Positions 9,166 to 20,290 of a DNA stretch of 64,000 nt are shown here, in pieces. A program made the translations under genes and the position numbers. Within the stretch, counting starts at the first letter, position 1, and each line of letters begins with the position of its first letter. Source of the DNA: an uncultured bacterium (GTDB lineage Bacteria; Chloroflexota; UBA5177; JANWHV01); contig CAVSOU010000007.1 in the NCBI GenBank assembly GCA_963729625.1, positions 256,001 through 320,000 on the forward strand. Reading direction: 5' to 3'. The notes beneath the pieces are model-generated. The model did not search any database, was not told the origin of the DNA, and saw only the letters and a program-made list of their open reading frames with translations.

Positions 9166-11606
9166 ATGCAATTTGGACATTTTGATGATCAGCAGCACGA
9201 GTATGTGATCACGCTGCCAGACACTCCACTACCCTGGATGAATTATCTTGGTTGCGAGACGTATTTCGGCTTGATCTCAAACACAGCCGGCGGCTACTCT
9301 TTCTATCGGGATGCACGACTTCGGCGCCTGACTCGCTATCGATACAACAATGTGCCGCTTGATTCCGGCGGCCGCTACATCTATCTCCGCGATAACGCCA
9401 GCAGTGAGTACTGGTCGCCCTCATGGCAGCCTACACGGACGCCGCTGATCGACTACTCGTGCCGGCACGGCCTGGGCTATACGATTATCGCTTCGACCCG
9501 AACCGGTATTCGTGCTGAGACGACCTATTTCGTCCCCTTGGGCGAAAACCTCGAAGTCTGGCGGCTCCGCATAACGAACCTGCGCACCGATACGGCATCG
9601 CTTTCGCTGTTCTCTTGCGTGGAGTTCTGCCTCTGGGAAGCGCAGGACGACATGACGAACTTCCAGAGGAACTTCAGCACGGGTGAGGTCGAAGTCGTCG
9701 ATGGCATCATCTATCACAAGACCGAGTACCGGGAACGCCGCGATCATTTCGCATTCTTCGCATGTTCCGAGCCGCTGGCCGGTTTCGATACGCAGCGAGA
9801 CACGTTTCTCGGCCCGTATCGAGACTGGGATCGCCCGGTTGCCGTGGAGCGCGGCGAGGCGTTTAATTCTCAGGCGCACGGCTGGGCGCCGATGGGCTCG
9901 CACCATGTGAAAGTGACACTTCAGCCGGGCGAAACCAAGCAAGTGCTGTTTGTCCTTGGTTACCACGAGAACGCCAGAGACGCCAAGTTCGACCCTCCGC
10001 GGTCGCAGGTGATCAACAAACGGACAGTTCGCCCAAGAATCAACCGCTACCTCGACGCCGGCACTGTGGCGGAATCTCTTGTATCTCTCCAGCACTATTG
10101 GGATGGCGCGTTGGCCAACTTGCAGGTCAACACGCCGGACGTGCATACGAATCGGATGGTCAACATCTGGAACGCGTACCAGTGCATGGCCACCTTCAAT
10201 ATGTCGCGCTCTGCTTCGTTCTTCGAGTCGGGTATCGGCCGCGGTCTGGGCTTCCGCGACTCGAACCAGGACCTGCTCGGTTTCGTCCACATTGATGCGG
10301 CGCGCGCGCGCGACCGAATTCTGGACCTCGCGGCTACTCAGATGGAGACCGGGGCTGCTTTTCACCAGTACCAGCCGCTGACCAAGCGGGGAAACGACGC
10401 CGTCGGTACGAACTTCAACGACGACCCACTGTGGCTGATAGTAGGTGTCTCGGCCTACATCAAGGAGACCGGTGATTGGGCGATACTCGACGAGCCTGTG
10501 CAGTATACGAATCGGCCAGGCACGGAGCAACCGCTTTTCGAGCACCTGCAGCGGAGCTTGCGCTATACACAAGACAACCTGGGCCCGCACGGACTTCCAC
10601 TCATCGGCCGCGCGGACTGGAATGATTGCCTGAACCTGAACTGCTTCTCGGAAACGCCTGGTGAGTCATTTCAGACTACCACGAGCCAGGACGGAAAGGT
10701 GGCCGAGTCGGTTTTCATCGCCGCATTGTTCGTGCTTGCGGCAGGCGAGATGGCTGATATTGCCGCGCGTACGGTGCGAACGTATGAGGCTGCCGTGTAT
10801 CGCGACAAGGCAGCCGAAATGGACCGCGCCGTTCATAACCACGGATGGGATGGCGAGTGGTTTCTCCGGGCCTATGATGCGTTCGGCCACAAGGTCGGCT
10901 CTCGTGAATGCGAGGAAGGCCAGATCTACATCGAGCCGCAAGGTTTCTGTGTGGTGGCCGGCATCGGCCTCGACGACAACCTGGCTCAAACCGCTCTCAA
11001 CGCTGTCCACGCCAGACTTGCCTCGCCCACGGCATTATGCTGTTGCAGCCGGCCTATTCGCGGTACTACCTGCACCTGGGCGAGGTCTCGTCGTATCCGC
11101 CCGGCTACAAGGAGAACGCGGGCATATTCTGCCACAATAATCCGTGGGTGATCATCGCCGAGGCGCGTGTCGGCAACGGAGACCGTGCTCACGACTACTA
11201 TCTCCGCATCAACCCCTCCGCGCGGGAGGCAATCAGTGACGTGCACCGGTGTGAGCCATATGTGTACGCACAGATGATCGCCGGACGGGACGCGCCATCA
11301 CACGGGGAGGCGAAGAACTCGTGGCTGACTGGGACCGCGGCCTGGAACTACGCTGCAATCACGCAGTGGATCCTCGGTATTCGGCCCACGCTAGACGGGT
11401 TGAGTATTGCTCCCACTATACCTACGAACTGGAACGGGTTCACAGCTACGCGCAAGTTCCGAGGTGTAACGTATCGCATCTCGGTGACGCGTGCGGGAAG
11501 CGGCAACTGCCTCACGATGGTGGTGGACGGCCGCCCCGTCGAAGGGAACATTATCCAGCCGCCTCGTGACGCGCGCGAGGTCGACGTGCAGGTTACGCTG
11601 ACGTAG
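9166..11606 (+). CDS. GH94 cellobiose phosphorylase-like enzyme (frameshift at about 11026-11028)
   Basis: [54 protein letters not shown]; adding one C to the ccc at 11026-11028 joins ORFs 9010..11151 and 10908..11606. Confidence 0.9.
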
Positions 11607-11632
11607 GTCACCCGCGGTCAGGGAGGTGTGCG

Positions 11633-13882
11633 TTGTTCGATCGCCTTGGCCGTGCCATGTATCGATGGCGCAAGGTAGTGCTTGTCGTTTGGTCCGTGGT
11701 GCTCCTGGTGAGCGTCCCGTTCGCGCCACGCGTTGAGACCGTGCTCAAGGGAGGCGGATTCGCCAATGGCGCAAGCGAAGCCGATCGCACTACCAATCTC
11801 CTGGTTCACAATCTGGGCTTCTTTCCAAGCAACCTGACAGTCGTCTTCACAAGCCCGACCCTCGTGGTTACGGATCCTCGCTTTCGGCAGGCCATGGAGG
11901 CCGCTCTCGCGCCGGTAGCCCGGCTGCCCAAGATCGCCCGTATCGACACCTTCTATCACCAACCACCTGGCCTGCAGAACCAGCGCATGGTATCTGTCGA
12001 CGGGCATGCCGCGCTGGCCGTACTCCAGTACTCGGTCAGTTTCGACCAGGTGCAGTCGCTGGTGCCGGCGGTGCACGCCGCGTTGCGGAGCGCTGCGCTG
12101 CAGATCTATGTGACCGGAGACGGCGCGGTCTTCGGCGATTTGCAGACGCTCTCCGGCCGGGATCTGCAGCAAGTTGAAAAGTTCACACTGCCGATCGCTC
12201 TGCTCCTGCTCGTTCTGGTGTTCGGCACGCTCGTCGCAGCTGGTGTTCCGATCATCACTGGATTGTTCTCGGTGACGCCTACACTGGCCCTCCTCTTCGC
12301 GCTGGGTCACGTGATCGATTTGTCGATATTCAGCCTGAACGTGACTACCATGATCGGGCTGGGCGTGGGCATCGACTACGCTCTGTTCGTGACCAGCCGT
12401 TTTCGCGAGGAAGTGCATCGCCGTCCCGTAGAGGATGCCGTGGCCATCGCGACGGCCAGTGCCGGCCGCGCGGTGATGTTCTCCGGTCTGACAGTGATGA
12501 TTGGCCTCTCGGGCCTGCTTATTTTCCATTCCATGGCCTTGCGCTCCATTGGGCTCGGCGGCAGCCTGGTCGTCTTCGTGTCCGTGCTCTCGGCGCTCAC
12601 ACTCCTCCCAGCAGTGCTCGGCCTGCTCGGTCCTCGCATCGATTCGCTCCCGGTTGTTCCATGGCGGCAGGCGGGGCGCAATCGTTTCTGGCACGGACTC
12701 GCGACTGCCGTCATGCGGCACCCCTGGTGGGTTATCGGCTCTGTTCTGGTCGCAATAGCGATTATCGCCTCCCCGTTTCGCGCGCTGCAGTTGAACGTGC
12801 CCGACGCTACCATGCTCCCCAAGAACGTGTCCTCGCGCGCCGGTTTCGACATCCTCGACCAGCGCTTCGAGCAGCGCCAGAACAACCCCGTCGTGATTGT
12901 CGTGCAGTCGTCGACAGATCTGCTTGCCCCGGCGGCGATGGGCGCGCTCTACGATTACGTCCATAGGCTCTTGCGCGACCCGAATGTCGACGCTACGCAA
13001 TCAAGGAGTCTTGTCACCCTGATGCCGTTCGGGCGCTCCCTGTACCAGCAAATCGAAAAGTACATGGGCAACCCTCAGGTCGCAACAGCTGTGAAGGAGT
13101 ACGTGGGGGACAACAGCACGGTCATCTCGCTGCAACTGCGACGCGGCCTCAGCACAGGTCAGATCGACCAGACGATTAAGCGCGCACGCGCCCTGCCAAT
13201 CGGCGCCAAGCTGCGGCATTCTGTCGGCGGATTCGACGCAGGAGTGATGGATTACCTGAACAATCTCTATTCGCAATTCCCCATCTGTATCTTGTTCGTC
13301 GTGGTCGTGACGTACTTCGTGCTTTTGGTCTTGCTCCGGTCGGCTGTCCTCCCTTTGAAGGCTGTGCTGATGAACGCGCTGAGCCTGCTCGGAGCCTACG
13401 GAGCGGTAGTGTGGATCTTCCAGCAGGGGCACCTCAGCACGATCTTCAACTTCAGCCCTACCGGGTATGTCGACGAGATCACGCCGATCATTACCTTCTG
13501 CACGCTCTTCGGACTCTCGATGGACTACGAGGTGTTCCTCCTGAGCCGCATCCGCGAACACTACCTGCAAACAGGCGACAACGCGGCCGGCATCGCGACC
13601 GGCTTGGAGCGTACGGGCAGGATTATCACAAGTGCGGCGCTTATCCTGGTCATCATAGCCGGGAGCTTTGCCTTCACAGACATCGTCCTTATCAAAGCCG
13701 TGGGATTGGGGCTCGCAATCGCAATCCTGCTCGACGCCACGCTGATCAGATGCCTGCTGGTGCCGGCGACGATGCGGGTGCTCGGCCAGTGGAACTGGTG
13801 GCTGCCTGCATGGCTGGGCCGCGTCCTCGGCGGTAACATGCCCCACAGCGAGCATGCAGACGTCAGCACCGCCGGGCAATGA
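11633..13882 (+). CDS. MMPL family (RND superfamily) transporter
   Basis: Two TM modules; [16 protein letters not shown] and [17 protein letters not shown] motifs. Confidence 0.92.
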   Translation: MFDRLGRAMYRWRKVVLVVWSVVLLVSVPFAPRVETVLKGGGFANGASEADRTTNLLVHNLGFFPSNLTVVFTSPTLVVTDPRFRQAMEAALAPVARLPKIARIDTFYHQPPGLQNQRMVSVDGHAALAVLQYSVSFDQVQSLVPAVHAALRSAALQIYVTGDGAVFGDLQTLSGRDLQQVEKFTLPIALLLLVLVFGTLVAAGVPIITGLFSVTPTLALLFALGHVIDLSIFSLNVTTMIGLGVGIDYALFVTSRFREEVHRRPVEDAVAIATASAGRAVMFSGLTVMIGLSGLLIFHSMALRSIGLGGSLVVFVSVLSALTLLPAVLGLLGPRIDSLPVVPWRQAGRNRFWHGLATAVMRHPWWVIGSVLVAIAIIASPFRALQLNVPDATMLPKNVSSRAGFDILDQRFEQRQNNPVVIVVQSSTDLLAPAAMGALYDYVHRLLRDPNVDATQSRSLVTLMPFGRSLYQQIEKYMGNPQVATAVKEYVGDNSTVISLQLRRGLSTGQIDQTIKRARALPIGAKLRHSVGGFDAGVMDYLNNLYSQFPICILFVVVVTYFVLLVLLRSAVLPLKAVLMNALSLLGAYGAVVWIFQQGHLSTIFNFSPTGYVDEITPIITFCTLFGLSMDYEVFLLSRIREHYLQTGDNAAGIATGLERTGRIITSAALILVIIAGSFAFTDIVLIKAVGLGLAIAILLDATLIRCLLVPATMRVLGQWNWWLPAWLGRVLGGNMPHSEHADVSTAGQ

Positions 13883-13921
13883 TGCCGTAATCTGTCGCCC
13901 TCAGCCGTTCGGAGGCTCCAC

Positions 13922-14209
13922 ATGTATGTCGTGATGAATCGGCTCACCTGCCCTGCGTCGTACGCCGAGAATCTGGAGCGCGCCTTTCGGCACGCCGGCG
14001 CCATGAAGGGCGTACCCGGTTTCGCGAGCTTCAGGTTCCTGCGACTGGATTCGGACGAGCCGGAGCACAAACACTACGTGGCAGTCACCGAATGGGAGAA
14101 CAAGCAGAGCTACGATTCGTGGCTCAAGAGCGAGGCTTTCGACCGCATGCACGCCGGCTCCGAGGCAAGCCCAGTCATGTCGGAGTTGGAATGCTTTACA
14201 GATCCTTAA
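13922..14209 (+). CDS. ABM-fold monooxygenase, IsdG/HmoA heme-degrading type
   Basis: NRLT...GF...TEWENKQSYDSWLKSEAFDRMH, retaining the Asn/Trp/His pattern of IsdG. Confidence 0.75.
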   Translation: MYVVMNRLTCPASYAENLERAFRHAGAMKGVPGFASFRFLRLDSDEPEHKHYVAVTEWENKQSYDSWLKSEAFDRMHAGSEASPVMSELECFTDP

Positions 14210-14430
14210 CCTGCTTAACGGGCCGTTAACGATATCCCGCTGCCGGAGTAACCAAGCCCCCCGTGGACAGAAGCTCGGTCGTGAGCTCGACCCTGGCGGG
14301 GTCTCTGTGGCCTGATGGCGTGCGGAATGCGCGGGATCTGTCTTTGAGAGGGAACACCGTGTCCGCAATGCTATGCTTGCTGAAGGCATTCACGCCAGTC
14401 GGTTCGATAGATTAGGAAGGCACGAGAAGC

Positions 14431-15597
14431 ATGAGAGCTCTTTGTCTTGGGGGCGCCGGTAGGATTTGCCGGGAGTCAGTGCTCGATCTGCTAGAGTTTT
14501 CCGCCTTTGAGCAGATCACGATCGCCGACACCAATGAGCGGGAAGGGCGATCGCTGGTCGCGCAATGCGGCGATTCCAGGGTTGATTTCCAGCCAATCAA
14601 CATATACGATGCCGAGGCGGCCATCGACCTGATGCGCGGCTACACGATCGTGCTGGATGGTACGACGATCGCGCTTAACGGGCGGTCCACTGCTCTCATC
14701 GCGGCCGCCGGGTGTCATGGCATCAACCTCAACGGCTTTGGCGAAGAAGATGCCGCCGATCCTGTGTTCAGGCGTTATGGTCGCACCTGCGTGCCCGGCT
14801 TCGGGATGACACCCGGTGTGACCCAGATGATGGCCATGTTCGCTGCCAACCAATGCGAATCAGTCAATACCGTGCGTGTCAGTCATGGCGCGTACCGGCC
14901 GATCGCCTTCTCGCGCTCGATTGCCGAGACCACTACCTACGAGTACGACCCGGCCCTCTCCGACCGCGTCGTGTTCGAGGCCGGTCGGTTTGTGCAGGTG
15001 CCGCCGTTTGCCCGGCCACGCGAGGTTCGGTTGCCTAAACCGTACGGCCTCACGACCCAATACATCATTCCGCATGCTGAAACGAAAACTCTGGCGAAGG
15101 CGCTGGCGCCAAAAGGGGTGCAGCTGATCGAAGTGCGCGGCACGTGGCCCGAGAGGAACATGCAGTTGGTACGCGCTCTCTTCGATTGGGGCTTCATGCG
15201 CAACGATCCGATCGCCATCGGCGGAGTGACAGTAGGTGTGTTGGACTGCATCGCGGAGTATTTGCTGCATTCGCGCGAAGGCACCGAGACCGAGCTCTAC
15301 GGCTATGCGTTGCACGTGGAGGTAACTGGGATCCGGAATGGACGTCGGTGGCAGCACACGCTGACCCACCACCACCCGCCGTCCGACGGGTCGGTGCTCG
15401 GGTGGGAGCAGCTGCGTGCATACACGCGCAACGTTGGTATTCCCATGTCCATCGGCGCGCAGATCATTGCCGAGGGTAAGGTCGGGCGCGCAGGGGTGAT
15501 CACGCCGGAAGAAGCCTTTGAGCCGGAGGCAATATTCGCGCAATTGGCGCGTCGCGGCATCCTGATACATGAGCAGATCGTCGAGGTTGCCGTCTGA
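14431..15597 (+). CDS. Saccharopine dehydrogenase-like NAD(P)-dependent oxidoreductase
   Basis: Rossmann LGGAGRI, GFGMTPGVT, IPHAETKTL, C-terminal GVITPEEAF. Confidence 0.8.
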   Translation: MRALCLGGAGRICRESVLDLLEFSAFEQITIADTNEREGRSLVAQCGDSRVDFQPINIYDAEAAIDLMRGYTIVLDGTTIALNGRSTALIAAAGCHGINLNGFGEEDAADPVFRRYGRTCVPGFGMTPGVTQMMAMFAANQCESVNTVRVSHGAYRPIAFSRSIAETTTYEYDPALSDRVVFEAGRFVQVPPFARPREVRLPKPYGLTTQYIIPHAETKTLAKALAPKGVQLIEVRGTWPERNMQLVRALFDWGFMRNDPIAIGGVTVGVLDCIAEYLLHSREGTETELYGYALHVEVTGIRNGRRWQHTLTHHHPPSDGSVLGWEQLRAYTRNVGIPMSIGAQIIAEGKVGRAGVITPEEAFEPEAIFAQLARRGILIHEQIVEVAV

Positions 15598-15867
15598 TCC
15601 TTCGTAACGCCATTCGGGATCTCCATCGAACCGCACGATTTTCGGGGCGGACGTCCTCGTCCGCCGTGGACGCGCCGGCCATCCACGCCATCGCCAAGAC
15701 GTGACCACCCCGCGGCTCCAGCGTGGGCACCCCTGCAGGATACGACGGGTCGGCGATCGCCGTGTCGGTGCAGTGCGCACTCGCAGCCAGCCGCGAATGG
15801 CGGAACTCGGTTGCACGACCTGACGGTTACACCGCCTGCGGGCATGGAAAGGCCGGCGCGATCATGC

Positions 15868-15917
15868 TTAACACACTCTTAACACAGATTTAACACCCCC
15901 TTAGGGACCGCTTAACA
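15868..15917 (+). promoter_or_regulatory. Pho-box-like array of five 11-bp-spaced units
   Basis: TTAACA at 15868, 15879, 15890 and 15912, TTAGGG at 15901; about 100 bp upstream of the ABC binding-protein gene. Confidence 0.7.
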
Positions 15918-16019
15918 GCGTCACACGATGATGAGATGGACTGCTAAGTCCCGGGCGAGCACGCATAAGCGCGTGCGACTGCGTCCGTCGAGTGTTTTTT
16001 CTGGAGGGTGTAAGGACAC

Positions 16020-17165
16020 ATGGGTGACCGTCAGTTGAACCGGCGTGAACTTCTCAAGCGGGGCGCGGCAGGTGGACTGGGCTTGGCAGGCATTGGCTTG
16101 CTGAGCGGCCATGGTGTTTCCAGCGTATTTGCTGCGGCGTCCGAAGCATCGACCGGGTTCGACCCGATGCTCGTGGCGGCGGCAAAGAAGGAAGGGCACA
16201 TCAACCTGATCACGCTGCCACGCACCTGGGCGGATTACGGCGAGATCATGGATACCTTCAAGGCGAAGTTCGGCATCAGCATTACGGATGACATCCCGGA
16301 AGGCAGCTCCTCGCAAGAAATCCAGGCGATCCAGAATTTCAAGGGCCAGAGCCGGGGTCCCGACGCCCTCGACGTTTCACTTGCCTGGGCCATCAACGGC
16401 GCGCAGTCAAATCTCCTCGCCCCGTACAAGGTTTCCACGTGGGATACCATCCCGAGCAATTTTAAGGAGCCGACCGGTCTCTATGTCGGCGATTACTACG
16501 GCGTCGTAGCCTTCCTGGCGGTCGACAGCCTCGTGAAGCAGGCACCGAAGGATTGGTCGGACCTGACCAGCCCCAAGCTCAAGGGCATGATCGCTCTGGG
16601 CGACGATCCGCGCAAGGCAGGCGAGGCATTCGCAGCGGTGTTCGCTGCTTCTCTGGCAAACGGCGGCTCGCTCGATAACATCGAGCCGGGCATCAATTTC
16701 TTCTCCAAGCTCAAGGCTTCGGGCAACTTCATCCTCTCGCAGGCCCTCAACGGGAACATTGCAAAAGGTGTGACACCCATAGCAATCCGTTGGGACTACC
16801 TGTTGCTTGCCGCTCGCGATGAATACAAGGCCAACCAGCCCATGACGGTCAACATCCCGAAGACCGGACGCTACGCGGGACCGTACTATCAGGCAATCAG
16901 CAAGTACGCGCCCAATCCGAACGCGGCTAAACTCTGGGAAGAATATCTTTACAGCGACGCCGGACAGCTGATGTGGCTGAAGGGCTATACGCATCCGGCT
17001 CGGTTTGCCGACCTCGCGAAACGGAACGTCATTCCGCAGACGTTGCTCGACAAGCTACCGCCCCCAGACGCGTACAAGAATCTGCATTTCGCCAACGCAA
17101 AGCAAATCGCTGCGGCGCAGGCAGTTCTTACCGCGCAGTGGGGTCCCAAGGTCGCCGGCAGCTAA
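16020..17165 (+). CDS. ABC transporter substrate-binding protein (PotD/AfuA/PhnS-like), Tat-exported
   Basis: LNRRELLK twin-arginine signal; AAAKKEG, APNPNAAKLWEEYLYS. Confidence 0.88.
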   Translation: MGDRQLNRRELLKRGAAGGLGLAGIGLLSGHGVSSVFAAASEASTGFDPMLVAAAKKEGHINLITLPRTWADYGEIMDTFKAKFGISITDDIPEGSSSQEIQAIQNFKGQSRGPDALDVSLAWAINGAQSNLLAPYKVSTWDTIPSNFKEPTGLYVGDYYGVVAFLAVDSLVKQAPKDWSDLTSPKLKGMIALGDDPRKAGEAFAAVFAASLANGGSLDNIEPGINFFSKLKASGNFILSQALNGNIAKGVTPIAIRWDYLLLAARDEYKANQPMTVNIPKTGRYAGPYYQAISKYAPNPNAAKLWEEYLYSDAGQLMWLKGYTHPARFADLAKRNVIPQTLLDKLPPPDAYKNLHFANAKQIAAAQAVLTAQWGPKVAGS

Positions 17166-17187
17166 ACAGCAGCTTCAGCATCGGTGA

Positions 17188-17224
17188 AGCCAGTGGCGGG
17201 CGAAGCATACGCCCGCCACTGGCT
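17188..17224 (+). other. Intercistronic 15-bp stem-loop after the binding-protein gene
   Basis: agccagtggcgggcg-aagcata-cgcccgccactggct; typical mRNA-stabilising position. Confidence 0.55.
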
Positions 17225-17245
17225 ATGCTTTCGAGTGGAGGTGCC

Positions 17246-18169
17246 ATGGCCCAGGCAGTCCGCCAAGAGCCGCAGGCAGCGAGCGGTGCCGCGAGCCAAA
17301 GCCGCGGAGGCGAATCTCTGGCGCGCCGAAAAGCCCGGACTGCCTGGCTCCCGGTTCTGCCGTTCTTCCTCTTCGTCGGCATCTTTCTTCTCCTGCCGTC
17401 CGTGTGGCTGATCATCGGCGCCTTTCAGTCCGACTCCGGAAGCCTCACGGGCAGCAATGTGCGGGCGCTCTTCGACAGCGATATTCTCGATGCGTACAAG
17501 ACGAGCCTCGAGGTGAGCTTTGTCAGCGCCCTGGTCGGCGGGGTGTTCGGATTCTTTGTCGCCTACGCCATGATCAAGGGTAATCCGCCGCGTTGGCTCC
17601 GCCCGGTGCTTTCGACGTTCGCGGGAGTGGCCGCCAATTTTGCCGGCATTCCGCTCGCATTTGCCTTCGCCGCCACGCTTGGGCTCAATGGCGTGCTCAC
17701 CGTCTTCCTCAAGAGCCACGGTATAGACATCTACCAGAACGGCTTCACCCTCTATTCATTCACCGGACTCATCGTCGTCTATACGTATTTCCAGATGCCC
17801 CTGATGCTGTTAGTGATCAGTCCTTCCATCGATGGGCTACGCCGTGAATGGAAGGAAGCCGCGACAAGTCTAGGCGCCGACGCCTCGCAGTACTGGCGCT
17901 GGGTTGGCCTCCCGGTACTGTGGCCGGCAATCCTGGGAGCGACGGTCCTGCTCTTCGGGAGCGCGTTTGCCGCCTATGCCACGGCCTACGCGCTGGTCGG
18001 ATCGCAGTTCAACCTTGTGCCTCTGCTCATCGGTCGCAATGTCGAGAGCGACTTCGTCGGCAATCCGCACCAAGCCAACGCGCTCGCCTTCGGCATGATC
18101 GCGATCATCACCGTGGTTATGCTGATCTACATTCTTCTGCAGCGCCGGTCGAGCAGGTGGATGCAATGA
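17246..18169 (+). CDS. ABC transporter permease
   Basis: Multiple TM helices, EAATSLGA EAA loop; ATG after GGAGG. Confidence 0.9.
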   Translation: MAQAVRQEPQAASGAASQSRGGESLARRKARTAWLPVLPFFLFVGIFLLLPSVWLIIGAFQSDSGSLTGSNVRALFDSDILDAYKTSLEVSFVSALVGGVFGFFVAYAMIKGNPPRWLRPVLSTFAGVAANFAGIPLAFAFAATLGLNGVLTVFLKSHGIDIYQNGFTLYSFTGLIVVYTYFQMPLMLLVISPSIDGLRREWKEAATSLGADASQYWRWVGLPVLWPAILGATVLLFGSAFAAYATAYALVGSQFNLVPLLIGRNVESDFVGNPHQANALAFGMIAIITVVMLIYILLQRRSSRWMQ

Positions 18170-19029
18170 AGAAGCGACTATTGGTCAACCCATGGAACCT
18201 CATCTGGCTCATTCTCGCCGCACTCTACTTCTTGGTTCCGCTGTACGGAACGGCAGAGTTCAGCCTGGAGACGACGCCGGGGCATCATGGATTCGACGCG
18301 TACCAGGCCGTGCTTCAGCAGTCGCAATTCTGGAGCATGTTTTCGCTGTCGCTGGAGATTGCCGTCGGCACGGTGGTCATCAGCCTCCTGCTGATGCTTC
18401 CAACGGTCTTCTGGGTACATCTCAGATTACCGCGCCTCCGGCCCGTCCTTGATTTCATCGCCGTGCTGCCCTTCGTGGTGCCGCCGGTCACGCTTGCGGT
18501 CGGCATCCTGCGACTTTTCGGCGCCGGCAGCCAGCAGACATCCGGGTTGGGAAATGTGTTCATCGGTCAGCCATCCTCCTGGCTGCTCTCGGGAACGATC
18601 TTTGGCTTGCCTTCGGGCATTCAGCTATTGGCGCTGGCGTATGTGATTCTCGCACTGCCGTTCACTTATCGCTCGCTCGACGCGGGCGTGCGGGCCATCG
18701 ATTTGCGCACGCTGTCCGAGGCAGCTCAAAGCCTCGGGGCAGGTTGGGTGAGGGTTCTGGTGTGGATCATCTTGCCGAACATGCGCTCGGCCATGCTTTC
18801 TGCCGCGTTCCTGACGCTCACGTTGGTGATGGGCGAGTATACCATGGCCAGTCTCATGCTCCTCAATACCTTTCCCATCTACATGTTCCAGATCGGAAAC
18901 GAACAGGCATACCAGGCCGCCGCCCTGGCCGTGATCAGCCTGCTATTGACATGGGTCGCGCTGCTTGGCGTGCTCGTGCTCGGCAGGGGCGCAAATCAGC
19001 GAGAAGTTCAGATCGGAGGCGCGCGCTAG
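18166..19029 (+). CDS. ABC transporter permease
   Basis: EAAQSLGA loop; ATGA overlap with the preceding gene. Confidence 0.9.
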   Translation: MKKRLLVNPWNLIWLILAALYFLVPLYGTAEFSLETTPGHHGFDAYQAVLQQSQFWSMFSLSLEIAVGTVVISLLLMLPTVFWVHLRLPRLRPVLDFIAVLPFVVPPVTLAVGILRLFGAGSQQTSGLGNVFIGQPSSWLLSGTIFGLPSGIQLLALAYVILALPFTYRSLDAGVRAIDLRTLSEAAQSLGAGWVRVLVWIILPNMRSAMLSAAFLTLTLVMGEYTMASLMLLNTFPIYMFQIGNEQAYQAAALAVISLLLTWVALLGVLVLGRGANQREVQIGGAR

Positions 19030-19031
19030 AT

Positions 19032-20192
19032 ATGGCTGTACTAGAGCTTCAGTCATTGCACAAGAGGTTCGGAGACGTGGTCGCCCTTAACAACGTGGAT
19101 TTGGCGATTGAGTCCGGCGAGTTCGTCGCTTTCCTCGGCCCCAGCGGGTGCGGAAAAACTACCGCCCTGCGAATCGTGGCCGGCTTTGAGCATCCGGATT
19201 CGGGCCGCGTCGTCGTGCAGGGAAAGGACATCACGGCCGTGCCGGCAAGCCGGCGCGACATGGGAATGGTGTTTCAAGCATACAGCCTATTCCCGAATCT
19301 TTCCGCGTTGGACAATGTCGCCTTCGGACTCCGAGTGCGCGGCGTGCATCACGCGCAGCGCACGAAGCGGGCGTCTGACTTGCTCGACCTGGTAGGCCTG
19401 GGCAGCGCGGCCAGACGGTTCCCTCATCAGCTCTCCGGTGGCCAGCAGCAGCGGGTTGCCCTGGCGCGCGCATTGGCAATCGAGCCGCGTGTACTGCTAC
19501 TCGACGAGCCCCTATCCGCGCTCGACGCAAAGGTGCGCGTCCAGTTGCGAGAAGAGATACGCCGCATCCAGATGAAACTTGGCATCACGGCCCTCTTTGT
19601 GACGCACGACCAGGAGGAGGCACTCTCGATCTCCGATCGGGTAGTCATTCTCTCACAGGGTCAGATCGAGCAGGTCGGCACGCCGGCCGAAATCTACGGC
19701 AATCCGGCGACAGTGTTCGTTGCGGAGTTCGTCGGCACAATGAACCGCATCACCGGAACCGTGGCGGCGGACTCGACTGGCTTCATCGACACCGAGGCGG
19801 GGCTGCTTCGCGCGGAGGCCGCCAGAGGCCGGACCGCTTCCGAGCGAGTCGTGCTACTGGTGCGGCCGGAGACGATCGAGATTGCTCCGCTGAATGGAGC
19901 GGGCGCCCCTGCAGGAGGTCTCGCCGGGCGTGTCATATCACACACGTTCCTGGGCGCAGTCACCCGCTTGGCAATCGCCAGCTCTGTCGGCGACATCAAG
20001 GTCGACGTCGGCAGCGCGCAGGCATTCTCGCTCGCGACTGGCACGCCTGTTGCGCTGTCCTGGGATCCCGCGGCGCCGCGACTGATCGGCCTGGCAGCGG
20101 CGGAAGGCGGCATCACACATGCCCACCTTGACGGAGAAGATGGGCTGGACAACACGCCAACCGCCGCGTCCGCCCATCAGCGGGCTGGATAG
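19032..20192 (+). CDS. ABC transporter ATP-binding protein (PotA-like, TOBE domain)
   Basis: GPSGCGKTT, LSGGQQQR, LLLDEP, VTHDQEEA. Confidence 0.93.
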   Translation: MAVLELQSLHKRFGDVVALNNVDLAIESGEFVAFLGPSGCGKTTALRIVAGFEHPDSGRVVVQGKDITAVPASRRDMGMVFQAYSLFPNLSALDNVAFGLRVRGVHHAQRTKRASDLLDLVGLGSAARRFPHQLSGGQQQRVALARALAIEPRVLLLDEPLSALDAKVRVQLREEIRRIQMKLGITALFVTHDQEEALSISDRVVILSQGQIEQVGTPAEIYGNPATVFVAEFVGTMNRITGTVAADSTGFIDTEAGLLRAEAARGRTASERVVLLVRPETIEIAPLNGAGAPAGGLAGRVISHTFLGAVTRLAIASSVGDIKVDVGSAQAFSLATGTPVALSWDPAAPRLIGLAAAEGGITHAHLDGEDGLDNTPTAASAHQRAG

Positions 20193-20290
20193 CCAGCTGA
20201 ATCAAACCTGACCTTGCCGATCAAGCGGCGGCGGCGTTCGGCGCTCATCAGCGGTCGCGCCTGGGCCTTTCGACCTGACTCATGGTCGAG

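Noticed and set aside
11020-11035. Frameshift in the GH94 phosphorylase as a pseudogene or programmed frameshift
   Set aside because: One missing C in a short C run, both halves otherwise intact, no slippery heptamer; most likely a sequencing indel (needs a read check)
15646-15687. Short hairpins ggcggacg/cgtccgcc and gtgga/tccac as a REP array
   Set aside because: Single occurrence in the window; short GC-rich stems are expected by chance
15868-15917. CRISPR or iteron interpretation of the TTAACA repeats
   Set aside because: Units are 6 bp at an 11-bp period, with no spacers and no cas or rep gene
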